A stretch of DNA of 64,000 bases from a virus, in IMG/VR virus record IMGVR_UViG_3300032516_000004, positions 96,001-160,000 of that record. One strand, 5' to 3'. A program made the position numbers and the translations under genes. The notes beneath the pieces were generated by a model. The model was not told the DNA's origin. It saw nothing but the letters and a program-made list of their open reading frames with translations, and made no database searches. Every line of letters starts with the position of its first letter. Positions within the stretch are counted from its first letter, which is position 1. Below are positions 41,372 through 51,557 of the stretch, one piece after another.

Positions 41372-42801
41372 TGTATAACGTTGTTGTTGATTATGCGTAT
41401 TCTAGAATAGAACCAAAACTATCTTCTGAAATACTCGTAAAATTATCAAATAAACTAAGTTACTATCAAGAAGGCTATCGCTTTATGCGAGCCTTTAAAC
41501 TCAAGAAGTGGGATGGGAAGACGTACCTATTTAATATGCTGGACCAATCATTTCGTACGGGTCTTTTATGGCGGGTTTGTAGAATATTAAGTCAGGAGAA
41601 TGTGGAGCATAAAATTCATGATCTGCGGGTTAAGAAGTCAAACATTAAATATTTAGAAAATATAGATGTTGGTGTTAATCCACATGAGTTTCAACTAGAA
41701 GCCGCTAAATCTACCATTAATTGTACTCATGGGATAATCGCGTCACCTACTGGTACTGGTAAAACGGTTGCGATGGCGCTGACTGTTAAGCTTAATAACA
41801 CGCAAACATTAATTATTGAAAATAGTCGTGTATTATTAGATCAAGTCTACGAGTATTTTGATAGTATAATTCCTGGTAAAGTGGGTATTATTGGTGATGG
41901 TGATTTTGAATTAAATGATGTGGTGGTGGCCACCTACCAATCTCTAGCATCTATTCTTGGGATAGGAAGAAAACAAGAACCAAGCGATAAGGCATCATTA
42001 TTAAAAGGATGGTTAGATCAAGTTGGTCTTTTGATTGATGACGAAGTTCACGAAGCAGATACTGATAGCATGACCGGTATTTGTTCGTTAGTTAAAGCTG
42101 ATCGGTTTATCGGTACTACTGCTACCCCATATTCTTGGGCACATGCTTCTGAAAAGACCGCTAATTTACCACTCGAGCAAAATTTTGGTATTAAATGCTA
42201 TGATTCTCGAGATATCGTTGACTTTATTAAACTTGGTCTTACGGTGCCATTATATATTTTGAGACCGATTGCGCCGTCAGTAGATATATATAAAAATTAT
42301 TCACCAGAAGATAAATCTGAGGGTGAATTTAGAAATGTGATCGATGCACAAGTGATTAATAATCAAGCTCGTATAGAAATGATCGCTGAACGCACGAGAC
42401 ATTATGTTACAAATGGAATGTCAACGTATGTTTATTATAACAGGATAGCATTTGGAGAGGCGATCTGCAATGCTACTAGCAATATGGATCCAGTTATGTT
42501 ACAAGGTAGTACTTCTCGTGATAAAAGACAGAAAATATTTAAAGACTTAGAAGATAAGAAAAAGTTGCTGGTTGTATCTGACATCGGGAGTTACGGATTA
42601 AACATAAAATCTTTAAATACAATAATAGTCGGATACCCACCGAAAGATGTTCGACAAATTAAAGGTCGTGTGTGTAGAAAAGCAAACGGTAAAGAATACG
42701 GTATGGTTGAGGATTTAGTAGATTATGCGCCATATTTGTTTTATCATAGTGGTTTGCGTGCTAAACAGTACAAAAAAGACAATGACGTCATGTTAGGGTG
42801 A
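41371..42801 (+). CDS. SF2 DNA helicase (UvsW/XPB-like)
   Basis: SPTGTGKT, VATYQSL, DDEVHE, GTTATP, YGLNIKSL, QIKGRVCRK. Confidence 0.9.
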   Translation: MYNVVVDYAYSRIEPKLSSEILVKLSNKLSYYQEGYRFMRAFKLKKWDGKTYLFNMLDQSFRTGLLWRVCRILSQENVEHKIHDLRVKKSNIKYLENIDVGVNPHEFQLEAAKSTINCTHGIIASPTGTGKTVAMALTVKLNNTQTLIIENSRVLLDQVYEYFDSIIPGKVGIIGDGDFELNDVVVATYQSLASILGIGRKQEPSDKASLLKGWLDQVGLLIDDEVHEADTDSMTGICSLVKADRFIGTTATPYSWAHASEKTANLPLEQNFGIKCYDSRDIVDFIKLGLTVPLYILRPIAPSVDIYKNYSPEDKSEGEFRNVIDAQVINNQARIEMIAERTRHYVTNGMSTYVYYNRIAFGEAICNATSNMDPVMLQGSTSRDKRQKIFKDLEDKKKLLVVSDIGSYGLNIKSLNTIIVGYPPKDVRQIKGRVCRKANGKEYGMVEDLVDYAPYLFYHSGLRAKQYKKDNDVMLG

Positions 42802-42804
42802 TTT

Positions 42805-43377
42805 ATGGGTATGTACACAAGCATAATTGTTGGTGGTAAAGAGTACCAAATCAAATGTGGGTATGATGATGGCGACCGATATGGAATTGGTGATACTGTA
42901 GATTGGAAAATTTGGCCAGATCAACCAGGTGAAGGTAAATTATTGGATGGTGTGTATGATGGGTGTTGTTACCCGGATGAAGATAAGTGGGTAATTATCA
43001 AGGATCATAAAGTCTTTCGTACATTTCCTAAAGTAAATGCTGGTATTCCGGTATCGTGTGATGATTTGGAAATCGCCTACAGTATTGTTGAATACGACCG
43101 TGAATGGTGGACTGATAGGGCCTGGATACGTGAGGATATTAAAAGTGCTAGAAGTGATATCAAGTACCTTAAATGGAAATTAGAAGACAACAAAAAGACA
43201 CTAAGATTTTTAAGATCCATTGCTCGTTTACCGGAAGAACAAATTAAATCACGTCGTAAGGAATTTAATCAAAAACGTATGTCTAAAATACTGGCTAAAC
43301 CTATTATTAAAATGTTGAATTATAAGGGTTTTGTTAGAAAGATATTTAAGGTCAAGAAATTGAAGAGCGAGAAATGA
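42805..43377 (+). CDS. Hypothetical protein
   Basis: 190-aa ORF. Confidence 0.6.
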   Translation: MGMYTSIIVGGKEYQIKCGYDDGDRYGIGDTVDWKIWPDQPGEGKLLDGVYDGCCYPDEDKWVIIKDHKVFRTFPKVNAGIPVSCDDLEIAYSIVEYDREWWTDRAWIREDIKSARSDIKYLKWKLEDNKKTLRFLRSIARLPEEQIKSRRKEFNQKRMSKILAKPIIKMLNYKGFVRKIFKVKKLKSEK

Positions 43378-43532
43378 AATATCTGATATTAAGTTTTGGT
43401 TTGTTTATTTTTGCGTGTGATGACTGTTTGGAGAAATGTAAGCCGTTGTTTAGATGTGATGATGTTGATTATGGTTGCCAGTCTTTAGCAATTGACTGTA
43501 TGGTTAAATGTGAGAAAAACCATGAAAGTTAG
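43374..43532 (+). CDS. Small Cys-rich putative lipoprotein (not in the ORF track)
   Basis: MKYLILSFGLFIFACDDCLEKC...; signal peptide with FAC lipobox-like motif; ATGA coupling. Confidence 0.5.
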   Translation: MKYLILSFGLFIFACDDCLEKCKPLFRCDDVDYGCQSLAIDCMVKCEKNHES

Positions 43533-43773
43533 AGACTTAATAGATAGGTTGAATTATTTGGCTAATAATGGGTTTGGCAATGTGGATGTGGGCCTCATAT
43601 TTCACAATACTGTTCATAATATAGACCAGATTCTAGTAGGCACTAATGATGATAGTGTTGAGGATGTTGTTGGTTTGAATCCACAACAAGCAAAGGTTAT
43701 ATATATGACCCGTGACATGAAACCAACATATTTTATGTATCAAACCAATAAATGGAAGAGAATAGATGAATGA
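43522..43773 (+). CDS. Hypothetical protein
   Basis: MKVRDLIDRLN start, a common pattern among small phage proteins. Confidence 0.55.
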   Translation: MKVRDLIDRLNYLANNGFGNVDVGLIFHNTVHNIDQILVGTNDDSVEDVVGLNPQQAKVIYMTRDMKPTYFMYQTNKWKRIDE

Positions 43774-44209
43774 ATTAGAGTACAAAATGACAGGTGGTAT
43801 GATTCGACCAACCTTCCAGCACATTTATATGCAATTAGCACATGCTTTAGCCGCTAGATCTACATGTTCCCGTTTACAGGTTGGTGCTGTAATTACTAGT
43901 GTTGATTTTCGTAAAGTTCTTTCTATAGGTTATAATGGGAATGCTACAGGTTTTTCTAACAAATGCGACCGTGAAGACCCAGGTAATTGTGGTTGTCTAC
44001 ACGCAGAAGACAATGCAGTAATAAACTGTGATGCTCCTAGATTCATGGAAAAGATAGTGTTTGTGACACATATGCCGTGTGTTATGTGTGCTAAAAGACT
44101 AATAAATCTGGGTAATGTAAGGGCTGTGTATTATGCTCAAGATTATAGGGTTACTGATTCAATCGAGATGTTAGAAAAGTCTAGAATTAGCACAATAAAG
44201 TTGAAGTGA
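43766..44209 (+). CDS. dCMP deaminase
   Basis: RSTC.RLQVGAVI, GYNG, HAEDNA, PCVMCAK. Confidence 0.9.
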   Translation: MNELEYKMTGGMIRPTFQHIYMQLAHALAARSTCSRLQVGAVITSVDFRKVLSIGYNGNATGFSNKCDREDPGNCGCLHAEDNAVINCDAPRFMEKIVFVTHMPCVMCAKRLINLGNVRAVYYAQDYRVTDSIEMLEKSRISTIKLK

Positions 44210-44212
44210 GCC

Positions 44213-44602
44213 ATGGGTTTATATGACAGAATTAAAGATACGATTAACAAGCTTAAACCAACGCTGGCTGTTCAGCCTGCCCTGCGGCCTATTAAAGAAC
44301 CAATTGATATAGAAGAACCAGAAGTTCCAGAACCCATAAGAAAAGCTAGTTATATTAATGAGGCCAGCATTGTTTATGCTATTCGACAGGCGGCGCGTCA
44401 CAGGTTACTGGTGCAGGTGTATTATAATTTGGTCTGGCGGTATGTAGAGCCATATTCCATGCGCATGGGTAAATATGGTACATTATTTTATGGACACGAT
44501 CTTACAAGGAATAATACTCGTTCGTTTTATATTCATAAGATAGTGGAACTTAAGGGTACAGACATTCCATTTAATCCTAGATGGTTTATAGAAATTCAAT
44601 GA
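44213..44602 (+). CDS. WYL-domain protein
   Basis: IRQAARHRLLVQVYY...RYVEPYSM...LFYGHDLTRNNTRSFYIHKI. Confidence 0.7.
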   Translation: MGLYDRIKDTINKLKPTLAVQPALRPIKEPIDIEEPEVPEPIRKASYINEASIVYAIRQAARHRLLVQVYYNLVWRYVEPYSMRMGKYGTLFYGHDLTRNNTRSFYIHKIVELKGTDIPFNPRWFIEIQ

Positions 44603-46206
44603 AAATAGTGGACGATCAGATAAGAAAAGATTGTGCAATTGGTATGCTGGTATGTGAAATGGCCAAAAAATATGACGTTAGTATACGTAGTATTCGTATT
44701 TACATAAAAACACACAGTATTAACTATATAATGGATAAAAATAGACATAGAGCATATTTATCTACTAAATTAAAAGAAAAATGGACCGACCCCAAATTTA
44801 GAGAAAGAGCTACTAACGCCGCTATTGAGACTTGTAAAAGTAAACAATATAAAGATAATGTGTCATTAGCAACTAAAAAAGCAATGGATACTCCAGAGAT
44901 TAAAGCTAAACTGTCAAGAGCTTCAAAAGACAAATGGAATAACCCAGAATATAGAAATAATTTAATGGCATTATATTCTACTGAAGAGTATAAAAATAAA
45001 TTATCATCTATATCTATGGAAAGATGGAAAGATCCTGGTAGAAGACATAAAATATCGGTCGCTATTAAGAAAAGATGGAGCGATCTGGGGTATAGGCAAA
45101 AATCGTCAGAATCTTCAGCTATTAGACAGAACACGACAAGTCATAAATTAAAAATGTCCGATATATCTAAAGATGTATGGAAGAATCCAAACCATCGATT
45201 GAAAATGAGGAATATATGGATCAGTGATGAATATAAACAGAAAAAATCAAAAATAGCTCGAGGTCTATGGGAAGATGATGAATATAGAAACAAACTAGCG
45301 GTTGCCCAAAGAACAAATAAAAAATCGCTAACCAAACCACACAATAAGGTCATAACGATACTGGACGCATTAAATGTTCAATATGAAGTTGAGTATGTTA
45401 TTGGTCCTTGGACTTTTGATGTTTTTATACCAACACATAATATATTAATTGAGGTTCAAGGTAACTATTGGCATAGCTTTAAGGATCAGATTAGAAGAGA
45501 CAACAGCAAATTGTCTTATATATCTAAGTATTTTCCTCAGTATAAATTAAAATATATATGGGAACATGAATGTTTTACTGATAGACAAGTAGAAAGTAAA
45601 TTAAAATATTGGCTTGGCATTACTTTACAAGAAGTGAAGGAATTTAATTTTAACGATCTCGTCATAAAAACACCCAATATTAAAGAAGCAGATGACTTTC
45701 TATATAACTGGCACTATATGTATCGTGGAACACATGGTATAGATTATGGTGGGTATATTAATGGTCAATTAATAGTATTGGCTAGATTCACCTCGCCGCA
45801 TAGAAAAGAAGTCGCAACATCATTAGGGTATTCTCATAAAAATGTATTAGAACTGTCTAGGTTGTGTGTACACCCGCAATTTCAAAAGAAAAATTTGCTT
45901 AGTTGGTTTCTATCTAAAATTAAAAATCTAATTAATGTAAAAATTAAATGTCTTGTATCATTTGCTGATACTACATACGGACATACAGGAGCTGTATATA
46001 AAGCAAGTAATTGGGAATTGCATTCGATGGTAAGGCCAGACTATTATTATGTATCACCAGATGGGTGGGTAATGCATAAAAAGACCCTGTGGAATCGTGC
46101 TAGTAGTTTAAGTATGAAAGAATTAGAATATGCAAATAAAATTGGGTATATTAAAGTTTTGGGGAAAGAAAAGCTAAAATTTATATACAGATTTTATAGA
46201 GATTAA
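44599..46206 (+). CDS. HTH + helical W-repeats + Vsr/DUF559-like endonuclease + Mom-like domain fusion (copy 2)
   Basis: Same architecture as 21200..22621: EYVIGPWTFDVFIP..ILIEVQGNYWH; WHY, LELSRLC, VSFADTTYGHTGAVYKASNW; ATGA overlap at 44599. Confidence 0.75.
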   Translation: MKIVDDQIRKDCAIGMLVCEMAKKYDVSIRSIRIYIKTHSINYIMDKNRHRAYLSTKLKEKWTDPKFRERATNAAIETCKSKQYKDNVSLATKKAMDTPEIKAKLSRASKDKWNNPEYRNNLMALYSTEEYKNKLSSISMERWKDPGRRHKISVAIKKRWSDLGYRQKSSESSAIRQNTTSHKLKMSDISKDVWKNPNHRLKMRNIWISDEYKQKKSKIARGLWEDDEYRNKLAVAQRTNKKSLTKPHNKVITILDALNVQYEVEYVIGPWTFDVFIPTHNILIEVQGNYWHSFKDQIRRDNSKLSYISKYFPQYKLKYIWEHECFTDRQVESKLKYWLGITLQEVKEFNFNDLVIKTPNIKEADDFLYNWHYMYRGTHGIDYGGYINGQLIVLARFTSPHRKEVATSLGYSHKNVLELSRLCVHPQFQKKNLLSWFLSKIKNLINVKIKCLVSFADTTYGHTGAVYKASNWELHSMVRPDYYYVSPDGWVMHKKTLWNRASSLSMKELEYANKIGYIKVLGKEKLKFIYRFYRD

Positions 46207-46239
46207 CTAATTATAACTGGCATACTATAGGATAATATC

Positions 46240-46506
46240 ATGGCCGTTTTTCATGTAGATCAAAGAATACACAAATTAGTTCAACAGTATTGTAAGAACA
46301 ATGGGTTTCAAATAAAACAATGGGTAATAGCTGCCTTAGAGAAAGCAATGTACGATGGTGTTGGATATGTAGAAGGAAATATGAAGATCAATCCATCCAA
46401 GAAAATGAGATTGGACAAGGTTGTTCAGAAACAGCTGGTTGATAACACACCCGCACCATCAGACGATGATCTGTGGTTTAAGCCGCCATTTTGGGCTAAG
46501 AACTAA
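46240..46506 (+). CDS. Ribbon-helix-helix-like DNA-binding protein
   Basis: FHVDQRIHKLVQQYC..NG.QIKQWVIAALEKAM pattern. Confidence 0.45.
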   Translation: MAVFHVDQRIHKLVQQYCKNNGFQIKQWVIAALEKAMYDGVGYVEGNMKINPSKKMRLDKVVQKQLVDNTPAPSDDDLWFKPPFWAKN

Positions 46507-47297
46507 TGGGCGGCTGGTTAAACCACCCAACACTTAAGGTTGTAATGAGTCGAGAAGCACGACAGCTACGTGATGCTGTCGTGGATAAATCCATAGAGTG
46601 CGGTACTAGTGGCATGCTGCCAGCAGACATGAAAAAATTTATTGACACGTTCATGGCGGCATATAACCCAATGGTTTGGGAATGTCCTGTAATGTACGCA
46701 CATGTTTCTGAGATCTGGAATGCGTTTCTACGTATGACATCTGCCGCATATAAGGACCAACAAAAAGCGGGTCGAGAGACTAGAGGTAATGTGACGGGGA
46801 TACGCAGGAAGGACATAGATTGGCTTTCTATAATAATATCGTTTCCAGATACGTGGTGGATGTCGTCTGTTCAAGAAAAACGTAAAGGAAGTATTGCTCT
46901 GTGTAACCTTGATGGGGTTCTGAAACCATTCGAAGATATGTATCGATTATATACTAACTGGTTAATAGCTGACTTTAGCGTTAAGACCTTGTTTGGAATA
47001 TTTGATGTATCTAAGAGGTATTCTATTGAAATAGTCAAAGAGTGTATGGATGCAGTAGATAATGTTCGTAATAGGTCATTTGAATATTTAATGGCCATTA
47101 TTGATAGAGAATTTGCGGCTAGACAGATTGAAATGATGCAGAATAAAGAGTTACTAGATAAGTCGAAAGACATATTAAATGCTGTAATAGATATGGCACG
47201 TAGTAAGTCTGAACATATAGATTGGGAGTTTATTGAGAAAGACACCAGCACTATTAAAGAAAATGAAGATGAGTTTGATAAAATCAAATTAACATGA
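46506..47297 (+). CDS. Hypothetical replication-associated protein
   Basis: Coupled on both sides, directly upstream of the primase-helicase gene. Confidence 0.55.
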   Translation: MGGWLNHPTLKVVMSREARQLRDAVVDKSIECGTSGMLPADMKKFIDTFMAAYNPMVWECPVMYAHVSEIWNAFLRMTSAAYKDQQKAGRETRGNVTGIRRKDIDWLSIIISFPDTWWMSSVQEKRKGSIALCNLDGVLKPFEDMYRLYTNWLIADFSVKTLFGIFDVSKRYSIEIVKECMDAVDNVRNRSFEYLMAIIDREFAARQIEMMQNKELLDKSKDILNAVIDMARSKSEHIDWEFIEKDTSTIKENEDEFDKIKLT

Positions 47298-49936
47298 AAA
47301 AATTAGCTAATGCAACCGCCGCTAAAGAATATCTACGTGAGCGAGTTGATATATTACAGCTCATAAGAGAAGATGTCGGGGATAAAGAATGGAAACAAGA
47401 GGGTAGTGATGTATGGGTAACTACGTCACCGTTTAGAGAAGAATCACACCCATCGTTTAAGGTTAGTCTTAGGACAAAGAAATTTAAAGATTGGGGTGGT
47501 GAGCAACATAGTGGAGATATTTTCGCGTGGGTAATGCTTAATCAGTGTTATAGATTTGAAGAATCAATTATATATCTAGCTGATCGGTTTAAAATAGATA
47601 TTACTCAGTTTCTTAGAGACCCAACACCAGAAGAGGTGCAGCAATATCGATATAAACAGATTAATACCATAGCAGCTGATTTTATGCAGCAGCTTCTTAG
47701 AGAAAACGCTGTAATTCGTGATAATTATCTGTCTCGATCTGGATTTACTTGGGATCAAATTGTACCGTATCAGATAGGGTATAGCCCGACTAAAGACCTA
47801 TTAATTAGTCATGTTAGCGGCAAAATTCGTCTTACAGAAGACGATGTATATAAATTAGAATTTAATAGAGATGATGTGTTTACGGATGCTTTAGTATATC
47901 CGGTTCACAATCATTCTGGTGAGGTTGTATACTTTAGATCTCAAAAGCTGAATCCACCAGGCTCACCGCGTATTGGGTGTAGATCAACTCACCCGCTATT
48001 TGATTTAAGCATATTATATGGTTTTCATGAGGCTAAAAAGGACATTCGTAAAAATAACGGTAGATTGGTTATAGTTGAAGGAGAACGAGACGCGATTGCC
48101 CTAAGAGCAGCTGCCGTTATGGGTAGTGAACTATCTGACAAACAAATAACTGAACTTAATAAATATAAAGTCACACAGTTAGTTATCTGTTATGATGGTG
48201 ATGAGACTGGTTGGAAGAAAACGCTAAAGATGATTAGCGCCCCGCAGGATCATGGGAATATGCTGGTCCTAGTGGCGCGTCCAGATGCCGATAAAGATCC
48301 ACACGATGTGTGGAAAGAAGGTGGTGACGAAGCAGTATATAGAATGCTAAGTAAGGCGGTCTTACCTATCGAGCATTATATTACCACTACATTTGGTGAT
48401 CCTGGAACACTTAGTCTTGCTGAAAAATATAAGTTGCTTAGCACATTAAAGGAATATCTTAACCAGATTTCGGGTGTACGTCTTGATATGGTGGCTGCTT
48501 ATCTAGCCAAAATGTTAGAGAGTACGCAGGCTAGTGTTCTCGATTATGTTTCAGAAATTAAAGCGAGTTACAGTCAATTATTTAATTTAGAGGCTGAACG
48601 AACGTTAATTCATTATGTGGTCAGTAATTCGGTGTCGTATAATGCGGCTGTTGCAGCTAGTATTAGGAAGGAAGCATTTACATTATCAGGATATCAAAAA
48701 TTATTTGAAGCATGTGGTTTTGCGTATAAGAAATTTGCTGATAAGTATACAACACAGGCTGTTCTTGATGAAGCGATGGCCTACTTTGCCGCACCAGACT
48801 TACCGGTCATATTACAAACAGTCATGGAGGGTGAATACAAATACACTGAAGGCGCAGCAGTAGACATAGTTCTTGATATGTGGAGGCGTAGAAGGGCATC
48901 AGAACAGGCAAAACGACTAATATTGTCGTCGCGTGACCTAGCGGCCTCATTTGTTGAGATAGTTAATGAACATAGAAGAACATTGGTTGATGCCGTTTCT
49001 AGTAGTCGCCCACAAGCTAGAACTCCAAGAGAACTGGCCAATGAATTTTGGGATACACTTAAAGATAGACAACAAGCTGGTGGTAATTTAATAATTGGCT
49101 ATGATTTTTATTCGTTACCGTCAATTAATCTTATTCTCGGTGGCGTACAAAACGGGCACTATACTGTGGTTGCTGGCGATACAGGATCTGGTAAATCTGC
49201 TTTTGGTATGAATGCTGTGAAATGCGTTGCTATTGATGCTGGTGTGCCAACACTATGGATTGGTCAAGAGATGCAAAGCGTTGAGAATACTCAACGTCTT
49301 ATTTCGATAATGACCGGTATACACAATAGCAGGATTCAATCTGGTGGTATTACCCAAGCACAAGCAAAAATAGTTGCAGAGGCAAAAGAGAAGATTGCTA
49401 GTTCAGGGTATTATTTTGCTAAGCCACGTGATGGAACGATTGACGAAATATTAGCTATTATAGATGAATATCGATTTAAGTATGGGATCAAAGTAGTGTT
49501 TTGGGATTATATTCAACTTGTATCACAGTCGTCCTATCAAAATAAGGTGGCACGAGAACAAGTAATTGGTAATGCATCTAAGATAATTAAAAATCGAGTT
49601 ACTGAGGATATGGGGCTTGCAGCGATTATTATCGCGCAACAAAATCGCGATTTAAATAACAATGCTAAAACGACACAGCGTATTGGTGGTTCTTATCAGA
49701 TTGCACAAGATTGTGATAATTTTATTGAGATCATGACTAAAACAAAGAAACAACTGATTGAAGATGGTGCCCATAATGGTAATCGATATATAAAAGTTGG
49801 TAAACGTCGTGGGGGCATTTCTGATTACATGGTGCATGCGTTTTTGGATACTGATGAACGTAGCGCATCACTTAGATTAATAGAGATGACTAAACCGAGT
49901 GAACAGGCAGAATTATACGCTAGACTATCAACATGA
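47294..49936 (+). CDS. DnaG-type primase / DnaB-type helicase fusion
   Basis: Toprim VEGERDA...YDGDETG...DKDPHD; helicase AGDTGSGKS, GQEM, WDYIQL, AQQNR, GSYQIAQDCD. Confidence 0.9.
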   Translation: MKKLANATAAKEYLRERVDILQLIREDVGDKEWKQEGSDVWVTTSPFREESHPSFKVSLRTKKFKDWGGEQHSGDIFAWVMLNQCYRFEESIIYLADRFKIDITQFLRDPTPEEVQQYRYKQINTIAADFMQQLLRENAVIRDNYLSRSGFTWDQIVPYQIGYSPTKDLLISHVSGKIRLTEDDVYKLEFNRDDVFTDALVYPVHNHSGEVVYFRSQKLNPPGSPRIGCRSTHPLFDLSILYGFHEAKKDIRKNNGRLVIVEGERDAIALRAAAVMGSELSDKQITELNKYKVTQLVICYDGDETGWKKTLKMISAPQDHGNMLVLVARPDADKDPHDVWKEGGDEAVYRMLSKAVLPIEHYITTTFGDPGTLSLAEKYKLLSTLKEYLNQISGVRLDMVAAYLAKMLESTQASVLDYVSEIKASYSQLFNLEAERTLIHYVVSNSVSYNAAVAASIRKEAFTLSGYQKLFEACGFAYKKFADKYTTQAVLDEAMAYFAAPDLPVILQTVMEGEYKYTEGAAVDIVLDMWRRRRASEQAKRLILSSRDLAASFVEIVNEHRRTLVDAVSSSRPQARTPRELANEFWDTLKDRQQAGGNLIIGYDFYSLPSINLILGGVQNGHYTVVAGDTGSGKSAFGMNAVKCVAIDAGVPTLWIGQEMQSVENTQRLISIMTGIHNSRIQSGGITQAQAKIVAEAKEKIASSGYYFAKPRDGTIDEILAIIDEYRFKYGIKVVFWDYIQLVSQSSYQNKVAREQVIGNASKIIKNRVTEDMGLAAIIIAQQNRDLNNNAKTTQRIGGSYQIAQDCDNFIEIMTKTKKQLIEDGAHNGNRYIKVGKRRGGISDYMVHAFLDTDERSASLRLIEMTKPSEQAELYARLST

Positions 49937-50062
49937 CAATAAATGAAGCATTATTTGAGTTTTGGGATCATAAGAACATTGTGGTATTTACGTTCTTGCT
50001 CTTACTTGGTGTGACGGTTGTTGCAGCAATAATTAAAGAATATACAAAAAACGAGTAATTAA

Positions 50063-50659
50063 ATGGTGAGATATCAAAACTTATTAAAACCTCTTAGTGG
50101 TCGTTGTGTGTGGGTATTCGGTCTACCATGCTCTGGTAAGAGTACTGTAATTCAAGCACTGATCGACTCGAGTAGAGAAATTTTGGCTAGAATTAGTAGT
50201 GGTGATATAGCCCGCAGATTATCCACAACCGTAGAAACTCAACATATGGCTGAAGGTAATTTGTTTCCACACGAACAACCTTTACGTGAGGAAATATTAA
50301 ATACCATTAATAAGCGTAAAGCTTCGGGTAGCGAAATTGTATTTATTGATGGATTTCCAAGAACTCCAGAACAAGTAAAATGGTGTGCAGATAATCAGTT
50401 GGCGGGAACTATCATGGAGGGGTGCTTCGTTCAAATATTTTCTGATGGTGACACGTTGGTTACACGTGCCAAGCATCGTATGAGGGATGATCAGGATAAA
50501 TTTGAAGCGCTAATAAAAAAGATTAATACACAACAACAATTGATTTATAAGTTAGACAAAACACTGCTAGAATATGGGTTTCCGTATTATACTGTTGTAA
50601 ATCAAGACATTACATTAGCAGTTAAACAGCTAGCTAAATTTGTGGGGCTTAAGAAATGA
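50063..50659 (+). CDS. Adenylate kinase-like NMP kinase
   Basis: GLPCSGKST, ISSGDIAR, EGNLFP, FIDGFPRTPEQ. Confidence 0.85.
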   Translation: MVRYQNLLKPLSGRCVWVFGLPCSGKSTVIQALIDSSREILARISSGDIARRLSTTVETQHMAEGNLFPHEQPLREEILNTINKRKASGSEIVFIDGFPRTPEQVKWCADNQLAGTIMEGCFVQIFSDGDTLVTRAKHRMRDDQDKFEALIKKINTQQQLIYKLDKTLLEYGFPYYTVVNQDITLAVKQLAKFVGLKK

Positions 50660-50877
50660 GTCGGTTTGTTTATGGAAATGACGATAATGTCTACATTGAT
50701 CATGACGGGATCAAATTTGAGACTAAAAAGGGAGTAGATGATGAGGGGGCCATTTTATTTTCAATTAAAGGTCAGGACGTTTGGATTCCTAAGAAGCTAA
50801 TTGAAGATTATAATGATGACCTCGTGGCAGTTAAACGATGGTGGGCTGATAAGAATGGTTTTAAGGGAGACTGGTAG
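50656..50877 (+). CDS. Hypothetical protein
   Basis: VWIPKKLI motif; coupled. Confidence 0.55.
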   Translation: MSRFVYGNDDNVYIDHDGIKFETKKGVDDEGAILFSIKGQDVWIPKKLIEDYNDDLVAVKRWWADKNGFKGDW

Positions 50878-50878
50878 C

Positions 50879-51268
50879 ATGCCAAATTGTGAAAAGTGTG
50901 GTATAGATATGTTGTTAGCTCCTGGTTCAATAGCTGATTTTTATTGTCCTATTTGTAGTGTTACTAATAAAATGTCGGTTACAGTTCAAGAAACAATCGG
51001 TGCTTCTGTAAGAGATTATAGCTGCGTTTTATGTGAGTGTCAAGAAGCTAAACATGTGTTGAAACCATTAGTTGATATTGCGGACGCTTACGATGAGAAC
51101 GCATTGGATGATGAGGCTCGTAAGATTTGGGGAAAGAATGACGAGCATTACAATACAACTCCGTCAGACGACATTATTTTATATTCGGGTCGCGGTGGCA
51201 AAACGTTGTTAACACTTGGTGATTGTTTGAGGGCTAGAGAAGTATATAATAGAAAGGAAAGATTATGA
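50879..51268 (+). CDS. Hypothetical Zn-ribbon protein
   Basis: CEKC...CPIC. Confidence 0.55.
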   Translation: MPNCEKCGIDMLLAPGSIADFYCPICSVTNKMSVTVQETIGASVRDYSCVLCECQEAKHVLKPLVDIADAYDENALDDEARKIWGKNDEHYNTTPSDDIILYSGRGGKTLLTLGDCLRAREVYNRKERL

Positions 51269-51510
51269 AAATTTCATTAGGTGATACAGTAATAGATACG
51301 ATTACTGGATTTAAAGGTAGAGTTACCGGACGCGCAGAATACATTTCAGGATGCATACAATATTCTGTTACCCCACCCGTTAATAAGGATGGTGAAATGT
51401 CTGATTCTAATTGGATTGACGAACAGAGGATTGAAATTCTTGAGTCTAAACAAGTAGTGGGTAGGCCAACTGGTGGCCCACAAGCTGATGCCCCTAAAAA
51501 TGTTCGGTAG
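51265..51510 (+). CDS. Hypothetical protein
   Basis: LGDTVIDTITGFKGRVTGRAEYISGC...WIDEQR pattern, SH3-like. Confidence 0.6.
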   Translation: MKISLGDTVIDTITGFKGRVTGRAEYISGCIQYSVTPPVNKDGEMSDSNWIDEQRIEILESKQVVGRPTGGPQADAPKNVR

Positions 51511-51557
51511 TGGTTTTAAGTGTGTGCCTGATATTGAAAAGACAATAGGAAATAATT

